DNA of 20,795 bases from Candidatus Thalassarchaeaceae archaeon (GCA_030747675.1 JASLKH010000067.1:1-20795), one strand, 5' to 3'. Positions 1-8,252 are shown, numbered from the stretch's first letter. A program made the numbers and translations. Notes: generated by a model from the sequence alone, not told the origin.

Positions 1-138
1 GCTGCACGCTTCCAGTCATTTCCAGATTCCTTCGAATTATTGGGTTCGATGGCCAGTCAATTCAGGCAGGTTGGAAATGCAGTTCCACCAATTCTTGCCG
101 AAGCATTGGGTAAGGCCATTATTCAAGCCATTGAATAA
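1..138 (+). CDS. DNA (cytosine-5)-methyltransferase, C-terminal fragment (5' end outside window)
   Basis: Frame +1 reads [45 protein letters not shown]. This matches C5-MTase motif IX (xARxQSFPD) and motif X (QxGNAVPP). TAA at 136-138. Confidence 0.93.
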   Translation, partial: AARFQSFPDSFELLGSMASQFRQVGNAVPPILAEALGKAIIQAIE

Positions 139-199
139 ACACCGAAACCACTGTTCAGCCTACTGCTTTATGTGGTTTGAACTAGAGGGTACCCTGTGC

Positions 200-964
200 T
201 CAATTAACCATAGGGTCATCGCCCACTGCCGATACATCGTATCCCTCTGGGGCAGGTAACATTGTTTGTGATTTCTCAAACATGTCACGCACATTCTCTT
301 CGATTCTTCGTGCGTCATCCAACAATTCATTCAATGGTATTTCACGGTCAACCAATTCACTCACCGCTTCTGCAGCGATTGCAGCTGCGCGGGCATCGGG
401 GTACATTGGATTACATTCTGCCAATAATGCAGTGATGTCTAGGCCTCTACGATCTCCTTCTGAAAGAAGGTATCCTGCGATTCCAGAAACAATTCCTTGC
501 TGCATTCTTGGTACTCCAGCGTCAACTAATTTTTTCCGGCCCGCTGGATTGCTTGAAACACCCCATATATCGCTGGCCTCTTTCTCTCCCAATTCATTGC
601 CAATGACTCCATCGATGATAATGAGGCGATCAAAGCCTCCTTCTGTATACCACTTGAGAACTGTTTCAGCGAATTTCACATCATAGGCTGCAGGGAATTG
701 GATTTCAGAAGTAAACACTCCCACACCTTCACCTTGGTAAACTCTAACTGGGTGCTTGGGGACTGCATCCTGTACCAATGCCATCGCGGGAAAGTTCTCA
801 TCAAGAACTGTGCCCAATTGCTCTAAATCCCATTCTCTAATGATGTGGCTGGCTGCTATCACACCAACCATTCCTGTACTAGAAAATCCACAAATTGCAA
901 CGCCTCCCAACTTCGATGCATCTGCACCGCCATGCAAAACCAATGAGTAACCGTCCCCCACCAT
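200..964 (-). CDS. PAC2-family protein (proteasome assembly chaperone-like), paralogue 1, no HbYX tail
   Basis: Family motifs GFSSTGMVGVIAASHII, HPVRVY, IIIDG, GIVSGIAGYLL and PDARAAA. Ends DDPMVN*. GAGG lies upstream of the ATG. Confidence 0.88.
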   Translation of the reverse strand: MVGDGYSLVLHGGADASKLGGVAICGFSSTGMVGVIAASHIIREWDLEQLGTVLDENFPAMALVQDAVPKHPVRVYQGEGVGVFTSEIQFPAAYDVKFAETVLKWYTEGGFDRLIIIDGVIGNELGEKEASDIWGVSSNPAGRKKLVDAGVPRMQQGIVSGIAGYLLSEGDRRGLDITALLAECNPMYPDARAAAIAAEAVSELVDREIPLNELLDDARRIEENVRDMFEKSQTMLPAPEGYDVSAVGDDPMVN

Positions 965-1001
965 ATTTATCCCTCAAATTCGATAGTCAAGAACCCGTCG
1001 A

Positions 1002-4000
1002 TTAAGCCTCGAAGGCCTCCCAGTCTTCTTCGTCAGGGTACTTGTACCACCACTGACCCACTTCATCCTTCCACCATTCCACGCCTTCGTCATCAACGTG
1101 ATAGTCTTCATCCTGAGTGTAATCATGCTCAGTTTCTTCTTCCCAGTGCCCCTCTTGTGGTTCTTCATAAGCTTCTTTGTAAACCTCTACTGGTGCAGGT
1201 GAATGGGTGCTGGGTTTTGGTTTCGCTTTTGTTGGTCTTGATGATGAGCCCATTGTTGTCAATTCTTCCAAACTCTTGCCCTTTGGAATTTCAATAACCT
1301 CGGATTCATCATTTGAATCATTCATCCAATCTTCATCTTCTTCATCATCAACATCATACTCGTCATCCGATCTAGACATGACCATTCTCAGACCAACCAT
1401 TCCAACAATAGCCAAAACTACTACGATTATTGCCACAATGAGCATCGTACTCATGCCAGATTCCGACTCAGATGAACTGCCTCCAGATTCATTATTATCT
1501 GGTGTGTTATCTGGAGAATCTGGTACACTAACAAATCCATAATACAGTGGGAACGAATTTGAGGCTGTAATCCAATCAGTTGCAGTCATCGTGATTGTAA
1601 TCGTAATACTGCCGTTATTTGGAATCGCTCCTGTAGTCCAAGAATCTGGGCTAATTGTAAAATCAAGAGTGCCGTTCTCTAAAATTTGAACTTGTGAACC
1701 TGCCAAATCATGACTGAAGGTAGGGGTAGATTCTGAATAGCTAAATGAAAATACCAAAAATGCACTGACATTGTTTGGATTTGTAAGTGTACATTGAGCT
1801 GAGTTCTCTTGCAAATTGATCTGTGCCATTGAACTATTGCCAAGGATTTCCCAATCTTCATTCCCACAATCAAAGGTAACCCACACCAACTCATATGTCT
1901 CAGGTTCGGGCTCGGGCTCAGGGTCAGTTGAATGGTCATATGGCACTAAGATGACAGATGTTGAACTGGGCTGGATGTTAAGCCACCAGGGCGGTGAAGA
2001 TACTGTCACGTTGACCCACCCCTCAGTCAAGTATGTCACCGGAAGACTAGCATCCCCATTGGCATCAAATTGCATTTGACCTGATTGACCAATTACACCA
2101 ATGCTAGCCACCTGCCAATCCAAATTTTGGCCTGTTAGCAAGGATTGTTCTGCTGCAGAAGATGTCAAAGTGAATTGGGTGGTTCCTGCATCATTTGAAT
2201 CCAATTGAATGGTTGGGGTGCTTGTGCTGAGGGTTGCATCTACTGTAACAATAATTGTACTAGTGGTACTAGATGGTGAAATTTGTTGTCCATTGGAATA
2301 TATTCCTCCACCCCATGATGCTGTTACTACTATTTCTCCACCATGTGGTCCAGCAACTGCAACGAAATCAAGCCAGTCTGTCCAACTTTGGGATACAGAG
2401 CCAATTATGTTGGTCGTGACTGGGATGTCAACTTGAGTTGTTCCTGTATTCAATTGAATATTGATAATTTCATTGTCAAGGGGAACTGATTCAGAAGTCA
2501 ACTCCAAACCAATGCTGAGTGGAGATCCGGATTTGACGTGGATTCCTGAATGAGTTCCATCGTCAAAATCACCGGCGCCAACAATATCCAAAATTAAGTC
2601 ACTAGAACGGACTGAGTTATTTATTGGAGACACGGGGCCTACAGTTACAACATTCCAGTATGCATTGTTACTGGTGTCAACAGCAACTGCTGCTGCCCAA
2701 TAATCAGAGTTCTCATCTAATCCAGTCATTAGCATCGACGTCATTGGATTCTGACCACTGACATTAGCAACTGGAGTCAAGCCTGATGCATTGCTGAAAT
2801 CTACTAATTCAAAATAAATAAGGGTGTACATGACATCGTTTGATGTAGACATCTGCCATGATAAATTGAGGGTGTCACCTTGATCGTTGGGGACATCATT
2901 CAATGAGACAATAGGTGCATCTGGAGGTGTTGTATCTACTATAGGTGGATAATCAGGTACTGATACCTGTACAATATTAGAGATAGGGGAGTATATCGAA
3001 TGATTGTGTATGGAACGAATAGCATAATCCCATTGCATATTTGTTACTGCATCTGTATCTGTATAGGTATTATTCAATGGCGAAATGACAGCATGAGGGG
3101 GTGCAAATAGAGAGATTTGTGTGCTAACTGGTGCCCTGTATAATTCATAGCCGACACAATCTGTTGAATTTGTCCAAGTCAAATTGACTTGACTGAAGTT
3201 GTAATCTGTAAGTGACAGTGTTGGTGCAGGTGGTAAGGGAATATTATTCACTCCGGCTTCCCACTCTATTTCCAAAGTATTCAATGAGAACTCACCAGCC
3301 ATTGTTGACGTGAAATCCAATGGAATCACAATATCTCCCACGCCAAGAAGCATGTGGTTGTTCAATACATTAGACAAATTCATATTTGAAGGATTTAACT
3401 CTACTACAAATGCTGCAGTGTAAGTCATGTTGAGATTTGATTGTGTCATCGTCCCCGCACCTTGGCTACGGAAAACCGGTTCCATTGCAGCCCAAGTTAT
3501 GCCATAGAAATCATAGAAAATTTGGTTTGTGGCTAGTTCTGAGCCGACATTTGTAATGATGTTTCCTTGATCATTTGTACCGAGGGGGGAAGTGGAACTT
3601 GCATAGCCTTCCATGGCCATCTCGATGACACCATCGCCTTCTAGATCCCATTCTACGGTTTGCCAAGCACCAACCCACAAACCGAGTGAACTCTCTCCTG
3701 CAACCACCAATTTTTCACTTAGTCCGTCTCCATCTAAGTCTGCAAAGAGAATGTCTCGAGGTGATGTGTAAGGTGTAAAAGATGTTGAATTTGAATGAAG
3801 TCCGCCATTACCATCAAAATCACGCGCTTCAATGTAACCAGTAAATGATGAATCTGAGCCATCTGGATTGCCTGGGTCTGATGAAAAGAAGCCAGGGGTG
3901 CCATCACGGTCGTGGTCGCCAATTGTGAAATTGAACATTCCCGCTGTTGTCAGAGAAGAAGTCCCCCAACCAGTACCATTCCAGGTAGCCATACAACCTC

Positions 4001-5219
4001 CTGTCAACGATGTGCCTATTATATCGTCAAAACCATCTAAATTCCAATCCATAACTTGCATTGCCCCACCCATGCATTCAAAGCTTTGAGTGGAGACTAT
4101 CCAAGTATTTGCTGAAAAATTCCACAATGTATTGTAATTAGTTGTCATGTCTTCTTCAGAGACGACGATTGTGAGACCTGTGCCAAAGAATTGTCCTGCG
4201 GCTAAACTTCTGAAACTGTTCATACCTGGGACACTGGTACCAGAGTTGATCGTGGCAGGAGTGCCTGTTGGACCAAATGCGCCTGCACTGAAAATTCTAG
4301 AATTTAATTCTCCATCTGCATCAATAGATACGAGGTCGTCTTGGCCGTCTGAATCAATATCTGCAAGTATTGCATCTGCAAACAATGAGTCCATAGTTAA
4401 GTTCACAGAATGTGCCCAACCACTTGTTCCTGACAAGTGCTGACAAAGCGTCTTTTCAATTGAATCGATTGCTAATAAATCTGTTTTCCCATCGCCATTG
4501 GCATCTCCTGTGATAAGGCGCTCCGCCCCTGAACAAGTTCCAAACCAAGATGTTTGCAATGATGTTGATGTTGAATTCCAACGTGTCCAACCAATGTGCG
4601 GCCACGAACTTCCATTAGTTCCTACATGGTCTTCGACAAGGAAAATACCATCTTCATTTCCATCTCCATCCATATCTCCAACAACTAAATCCTTGATGTT
4701 TCCAACTGCCGTAAACTGTGATTCGAGAATCGGACTAAACCCTATACTCAAATCAGTTTGAGACATTGATGCACCTGATGGTAAATTCCAATTTCCGGCT
4801 TGAAGCCAAGATTGATTTCCATTCGTGCTAATAGATGTATTATTCGTACCTGAAGAAAATGTTGTCTGCGCACCTAAATCTCCAAAGCCAGAACCTCCCA
4901 AATGCCACTCATAAAATCCATCACTATCAATGTCTAATGTCAGTTGACCGGGGGATGGATCGTTAGAGTCATAGCTAATTTGGAATGTTGCATCCCCAAT
5001 TGTTGTATTCCTCTGAATTGTTACATTAGTACTAGTCGTACTAGATGGATTTGTGGCTAAATCTACAGAAAAAGTTCCGTCGGTGAACGTTTCTATTGTT
5101 CCCGATGTGGGATTAGCAGCAGCATTTGGAATCATTACAAAAACACTGGAAAGGAGAAGGAATGCTACAATCACAGTGTGTGAAACTCTGGTCTCTTTAC
5201 GCACGCGCGCGAGTGGCAT
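1002..5219 (-). CDS. Large secreted, membrane-anchored surface protein: FG-GAP/VCBS beta-propeller, FN3-like domains, C-terminal TM helix and acidic tail
   Basis: 1405-aa ORF with a signal-peptide-like N-terminus (VIVAFLLLSSVFVMIPNAAA). Seven DxD/NxDGxxD-type repeats, one of them degenerate. Two FN3-like segments (VNLTW...GYELYR...YAIRS; LNLSW...YWAAAVAVD). PEPEPE linker, TM segment LIVAIIVVVLAIVGMVGL, many NxS/T sequons. Confidence 0.85.
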   Translation of the reverse strand: MPLARVRKETRVSHTVIVAFLLLSSVFVMIPNAAANPTSGTIETFTDGTFSVDLATNPSSTTSTNVTIQRNTTIGDATFQISYDSNDPSPGQLTLDIDSDGFYEWHLGGSGFGDLGAQTTFSSGTNNTSISTNGNQSWLQAGNWNLPSGASMSQTDLSIGFSPILESQFTAVGNIKDLVVGDMDGDGNEDGIFLVEDHVGTNGSSWPHIGWTRWNSTSTSLQTSWFGTCSGAERLITGDANGDGKTDLLAIDSIEKTLCQHLSGTSGWAHSVNLTMDSLFADAILADIDSDGQDDLVSIDADGELNSRIFSAGAFGPTGTPATINSGTSVPGMNSFRSLAAGQFFGTGLTIVVSEEDMTTNYNTLWNFSANTWIVSTQSFECMGGAMQVMDWNLDGFDDIIGTSLTGGCMATWNGTGWGTSSLTTAGMFNFTIGDHDRDGTPGFFSSDPGNPDGSDSSFTGYIEARDFDGNGGLHSNSTSFTPYTSPRDILFADLDGDGLSEKLVVAGESSLGLWVGAWQTVEWDLEGDGVIEMAMEGYASSTSPLGTNDQGNIITNVGSELATNQIFYDFYGITWAAMEPVFRSQGAGTMTQSNLNMTYTAAFVVELNPSNMNLSNVLNNHMLLGVGDIVIPLDFTSTMAGEFSLNTLEIEWEAGVNNIPLPPAPTLSLTDYNFSQVNLTWTNSTDCVGYELYRAPVSTQISLFAPPHAVISPLNNTYTDTDAVTNMQWDYAIRSIHNHSIYSPISNIVQVSVPDYPPIVDTTPPDAPIVSLNDVPNDQGDTLNLSWQMSTSNDVMYTLIYFELVDFSNASGLTPVANVSGQNPMTSMLMTGLDENSDYWAAAVAVDTSNNAYWNVVTVGPVSPINNSVRSSDLILDIVGAGDFDDGTHSGIHVKSGSPLSIGLELTSESVPLDNEIINIQLNTGTTQVDIPVTTNIIGSVSQSWTDWLDFVAVAGPHGGEIVVTASWGGGIYSNGQQISPSSTTSTIIVTVDATLSTSTPTIQLDSNDAGTTQFTLTSSAAEQSLLTGQNLDWQVASIGVIGQSGQMQFDANGDASLPVTYLTEGWVNVTVSSPPWWLNIQPSSTSVILVPYDHSTDPEPEPEPETYELVWVTFDCGNEDWEILGNSSMAQINLQENSAQCTLTNPNNVSAFLVFSFSYSESTPTFSHDLAGSQVQILENGTLDFTISPDSWTTGAIPNNGSITITITMTATDWITASNSFPLYYGFVSVPDSPDNTPDNNESGGSSSESESGMSTMLIVAIIVVVLAIVGMVGLRMVMSRSDDEYDVDDEEDEDWMNDSNDESEVIEIPKGKSLEELTTMGSSSRPTKAKPKPSTHSPAPVEVYKEAYEEPQEGHWEEETEHDYTQDEDYHVDDEGVEWWKDEVGQWWYKYPDEEDWEAFEA

Positions 5220-5369
5220 CGGGTTTGGGACGTAACATGATAGTTAAGTTGCCTTCGGCTAAAATGTCAAGTTCTGCACGATGAGAGTGATTTTGGTCTT
5301 TAGCCGGAAATCAAAATTTAGAGACTGGAATTGGTGAGATGTCTTCTTAGAACGTTATAGACGGAACGA

Positions 5370-5377
5370 TTAAAATA
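5370..5377 (+). promoter_or_regulatory. Putative TATA box (TTAAAATA) for the 5397 gene
   Basis: AT-rich box ending 19 nt before the TTG start, compatible with a leaderless archaeal transcript. Confidence 0.5.
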
Positions 5378-5396
5378 ACTTGTCTTCTGGTTGTAA

Positions 5397-5930
5397 TTGG
5401 CCGGTGAAAACTTGGTAACAGGTTCTGATGGGACAAATGATTCGCGCCTGCTGATTCGCGTCAGTGGCTTTGAAATTGACATATCTGGATCACAACGTGA
5501 GGTGGATGCAAAAATGCTGAAAATTAGTGAAGGTGAACAATGGTCAACTGCAATTGCAAAGGTTCGAAGTGCGCGTGAAGCGGCAATTGCAGCAGCAGTT
5601 GAAGCTGCAAAGAAGTCTGGATTGCCCGACCGCGGTACTGCTTTTCATGCATTGATTACGAATAGTAGTTTAACGAAAAAACCGGATCAAGTATTGGCTG
5701 CAATTCAATATCTTCGCGATGTAGAAGGAATTGCAGATTCCCCACCCCGTGTATTGAAAGATCTCTTTTCCGATGCTGGTCTTGAACCACCAGAAAATTT
5801 GTCACTATATCTAAACCGATTACTTGAGCGTGAATTTATTGGATATCCTCCAGGCACACCTGAAAAGAACCGGTTTGCAATTCTAACACCTGAGGGTCGC
5901 GCTCATTTGGACCGTCGTTCTGGTGCTTGA
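5397..5930 (+). CDS. Hypothetical protein with probable C-terminal winged-helix domain
   Basis: 177 aa, TTG start. N-terminal beta-beta-alpha segment (LLIRVSGFEIDISGSQREV) and an Ala-rich helical linker. C-terminal NLSLYLNRLLEREFI...ILTPEG resembles a wHTH recognition helix plus wing. Confidence 0.6.
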   Translation: MAGENLVTGSDGTNDSRLLIRVSGFEIDISGSQREVDAKMLKISEGEQWSTAIAKVRSAREAAIAAAVEAAKKSGLPDRGTAFHALITNSSLTKKPDQVLAAIQYLRDVEGIADSPPRVLKDLFSDAGLEPPENLSLYLNRLLEREFIGYPPGTPEKNRFAILTPEGRAHLDRRSGA

Positions 5931-5939
5931 GGGGTTAAT

Positions 5940-6374
5940 TTGGTCATGTCCAATCGTGGGGATGACCCACGAGATAATGTTGGTGAAGATAGCACCATTT
6001 TGGACTGGTCATTTCAAAGTCATCCAAATGTCAACTTAGGGAAAGGGAGGCATGCTGGCTCAAATTTCCGAAGAGCCATTCTAGATCGTGCAAACCTCTC
6101 GGAAGGGGATTTCTCTGCATGCGATTTCAGGAAAGCGAGCTTGGTAGAAGTAGACATGATGAAATCTGCATTTGATAATTCAGATTTCAGTGGGGCCGAC
6201 TTAAGGAAGGCGAAATTAAATCTCTCTAATTTCAACAACTGTAAATTTGACGGGGCTGATTTACGGGGAATTCGTGGGAAATATGCAATCTGGCGTGGAT
6301 CCAATTGGTGGGATGCAAAAATCGATGAGGAGTTGCGCACTGCTTTGTCAAAAAAATGGCCTAAACCAGATTGA
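5940..6374 (+). CDS. Pentapeptide repeat protein
   Basis: Continuous A(D/N)(L/F)xx-type pentads (SNFRR AILDR ANLSE GDFSA CDFRK ASLVE ... ADLRK AKLNL SNFNN CKFDG ADLRG). GAGGGG lies just upstream. ATG at 5946 is an alternative start. Confidence 0.9.
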   Translation: MVMSNRGDDPRDNVGEDSTILDWSFQSHPNVNLGKGRHAGSNFRRAILDRANLSEGDFSACDFRKASLVEVDMMKSAFDNSDFSGADLRKAKLNLSNFNNCKFDGADLRGIRGKYAIWRGSNWWDAKIDEELRTALSKKWPKPD

Positions 6375-6375
6375 T

Positions 6376-6996
6376 TTATTCTTCTTCAAAGGACATTGTT
6401 TCCATCAAGGTCTTATGCGAAAGAGCTGCTCTTCCAGAAGCAAACATCAATGGAAGGAAGGCCGCACCAAGACAAAATAATCCACAGAATATCATCACGA
6501 AACTCACAGTAGTAAATGTGAGTGCAACTACCTTTGGAAGATGTGATGATGCTTGATGACTTGTGAATCCGGACCAAATGTATGATACAGTCATTATTCC
6601 TGCACCCGAGGTTCCATATTGTACCCCTTTACGATTACCACGGAATAATAATACTCCACCAATTACTAGTAGAACTGCTACTATAATATCGACATAACTG
6701 CTTATTTTTGAGTAAGATGAGTTTTCAATTTCTTCAACATACATTCTAATATCATCTTGAGTTAAATTCTCATCTGTTGTTCCATTAAATTGTTCATATA
6801 ATTGATGAATATAGTCATCATCATATCCATCAGATAGAAGACCGGTCACCCCTGAGTATCCGGAAATTAGCGCACCAAGAAAAAGAATAATTGCTGATGT
6901 AATTGGAATTGCTGCATTGGGCCTCACTTTTGGCTTCGGAACTACTAAAGTTTCACTTTCATCGAAGATGACTGATCCAATATCTGCATCCGACAT
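6376..6996 (-). CDS. Integral membrane protein (about 4 TM helices), function unknown
   Basis: Four hydrophobic stretches with an acidic loop after the first. ATG at 6996 preferred; a TTG at 7026 overlapping the thioesterase stop is possible. Confidence 0.72.
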   Translation of the reverse strand: MSDADIGSVIFDESETLVVPKPKVRPNAAIPITSAIILFLGALISGYSGVTGLLSDGYDDDYIHQLYEQFNGTTDENLTQDDIRMYVEEIENSSYSKISSYVDIIVAVLLVIGGVLLFRGNRKGVQYGTSGAGIMTVSYIWSGFTSHQASSHLPKVVALTFTTVSFVMIFCGLFCLGAAFLPLMFASGRAALSHKTLMETMSFEEE

Positions 6997-7022
6997 GACC
7001 TTTTGGCGAAGAAGACACACCT

Positions 7023-7436
7023 TCAATGCTCTGTGCAGTTTTGAAGTCGTTCCGCAATTTCTGCAGGGACTGATTGTTTCTCAAACGTCTTCATGTTAAC
7101 ACATACAGTGACTACTTTGGCATCCCAACAGAGTATGCCCTTTTGATTTGAGAATTGATACCGCCAAGTAATCGAACTGTTGCCCACTGACTCGATCCAA
7201 ATCTTACATTGAATTTGATCACCATAGCGTAGAGGGGATATGTGGTCTGATTCTGTTCGGACTGCAGGGAAACCAAGATGCATTTCTTGAGTTATTGTAG
7301 GGTAATCAATTCCACAAATCAGTTCCCATGATTCTTCAAAGAAGCGGTGAGCCAAGTCAAAGTATTCTGGATAAAATACAACCTTTGCCAAATCGATCAT
7401 TGGAAAGTCAACACGACGTTGTAACACCACTGCCAT
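7023..7436 (-). CDS. Acyl-CoA thioesterase, hot-dog fold (4HBT/YbgC-like)
   Basis: VDFPMIDLAKVVFYPEYF matches the family V.F.D.D..GVVY...Y motif. PLRYGD motif present. 137 aa. SD GGTGA 9 nt upstream of the ATG. Confidence 0.87.
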   Translation of the reverse strand: MAVVLQRRVDFPMIDLAKVVFYPEYFDLAHRFFEESWELICGIDYPTITQEMHLGFPAVRTESDHISPLRYGDQIQCKIWIESVGNSSITWRYQFSNQKGILCWDAKVVTVCVNMKTFEKQSVPAEIAERLQNCTEH

Positions 7437-7445
7437 GCCATTGGC

Positions 7446-7450
7446 TCACC
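7446..7450 (-). promoter_or_regulatory. Shine-Dalgarno site (GGTGA, within GGGGGTGAG) of the thioesterase gene
   Basis: Archaeal-type SD core with a 9-nt spacer to the ATG at 7436. Confidence 0.6.
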
Positions 7451-7467
7451 CCCATCTACAATGAAGA

Positions 7468-7544
7468 TGGCGGACCCACCGCGATTCGAACACGGGTTTG
7501 AGGCTCCGCAAGCCCCAGTGATATCCAGGCTACACTATGGGTCC
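7468..7544 (-). tRNA. tRNA-Arg(GCG), intron-less, genomically encoded CCA
   Basis: Reverse complement folds as a cloverleaf: acceptor stem GGACCCA/TGGGTCC, anticodon arm GGGGC-TT GCG GA-GCCTC, T-arm CCGTG-TTCGAAT-CGCGG, 3' end G-CCA. Confidence 0.96.
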
Positions 7545-7570
7545 AGCGAGCCGACCACCGGCCACTTCCT

Positions 7571-7576
7571 CTTAAT
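7571..7576 (-). promoter_or_regulatory. Putative TATA box (ATTAAG) of the tRNA
   Basis: Ends 26 nt upstream of the mature tRNA 5' end. Confidence 0.5.
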
Positions 7577-7585
7577 CCGAACGGT

Positions 7586-7831
7586 TCAAACACTATTGCT
7601 GTAAACACGCTTACCTGTACTGGAATCTTGTCTCCAAACTAATTCTTTGCAATGCCTCGGAATGAAAAATCCAATCTTCCTTGCAGTAAGCCCATGATTC
7701 TTCATTCGTAAATCAATTGATAACCATGCCACAATTTGTGAGGCTGTGCAACCAGGATTGGTTGCAACATAATTCAGTATCTCTTCTCTAAGCCGGCGAA
7801 GTCTAGCTTCTTTTTGGGGACCTTTAGCCAT
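7586..7831 (-). CDS. Small basic protein, probable winged helix-turn-helix DNA-binding domain
   Basis: 81 aa. Pattern: helix (LREEILNYVATN), PG turn, helix (TASQIVAWLS), helix (TARKIGFFI), beta-hairpin (LVWRQDSSTGKRVY). Has its own TAATATA box upstream. Confidence 0.65.
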   Translation of the reverse strand: MAKGPQKEARLRRLREEILNYVATNPGCTASQIVAWLSIDLRMKNHGLTARKIGFFIPRHCKELVWRQDSSTGKRVYSNSV

Positions 7832-7853
7832 AACCTAATTTTGTCTTCAATAG

Positions 7854-7860
7854 TATATTA
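7854..7860 (-). promoter_or_regulatory. TATA box (TAATATA) for the 81-aa gene
   Basis: Ends 22 nt before the ATG at 7831, the canonical spacing for a leaderless transcript. Confidence 0.6.
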
Positions 7861-7901
7861 GAGACAGATGGGGAACCCCCGGGGGCCCTTCACTGGTGAC
7901 T

Positions 7902-8252
7902 TTATTGCAGTGGTAAAACTGTCTTCCAACGTGACTCTGCCAGCTTTTTTGCATTTGGTCCATTTCTTGGATTTGGAGTTTTATGAAGCAAAGTGCCATG
8001 CATTCCTTGAACGTTGAATTTTATGCGTGCTTCAACAGAACGATCTCGCTCTGCCATTTGCAACGCATCATCATCAAGTTCGATGGTGCCAAGTAATTCA
8101 TTTCCACCCAAATTTCTAACCTCAAGGTTATTCCCAGAAAGACTGATTCGGGGGGCAAAGTCATGATCATTGGGTTCATCCATCCAGACATCCAAGTCAA
8201 TAACAACCTTGTCTCTAGATGTGACCTTCTTGATATCAATAGAAGTGACCAT
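7902..8252 (-). CDS. Hypothetical protein (116 aa, predicted beta-rich)
   Basis: ATG start preceded by GGGGTGG (SD-like) and a TTTGAA box. Fills the gap between neighbouring genes. Family not recognised. Confidence 0.72.
   Translation of the reverse strand: MVTSIDIKKVTSRDKVVIDLDVWMDEPNDHDFAPRISLSGNNLEVRNLGGNELLGTIELDDDALQMAERDRSVEARIKFNVQGMHGTLLHKTPNPRNGPNAKKLAESRWKTVLPLQ

Noticed and set aside
71-259. 62-aa ORF in the track
   Set aside because: Out-of-frame overlap with the real MTase tail (1-138) and antisense to the PAC2 end. No recognisable motif.
974-1542. Short ORFs 974-1168 (-) and 1207-1542 (+), the latter with poly-Ser
   Set aside because: Shadows of the acidic GAT/GAA-rich tail of the 1405-aa protein.
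1900-1926. Tandem GGYTCR hexamer repeat
   Set aside because: It encodes the PEPEPE linker. Too short and irregular for a contingency locus or array.
7468-7544. tRNA as an integration site (att) of a genomic island or provirus
   Set aside because: No second copy of the tRNA 3' end was seen, no integrase is present, and the flanking genes look chromosomal.
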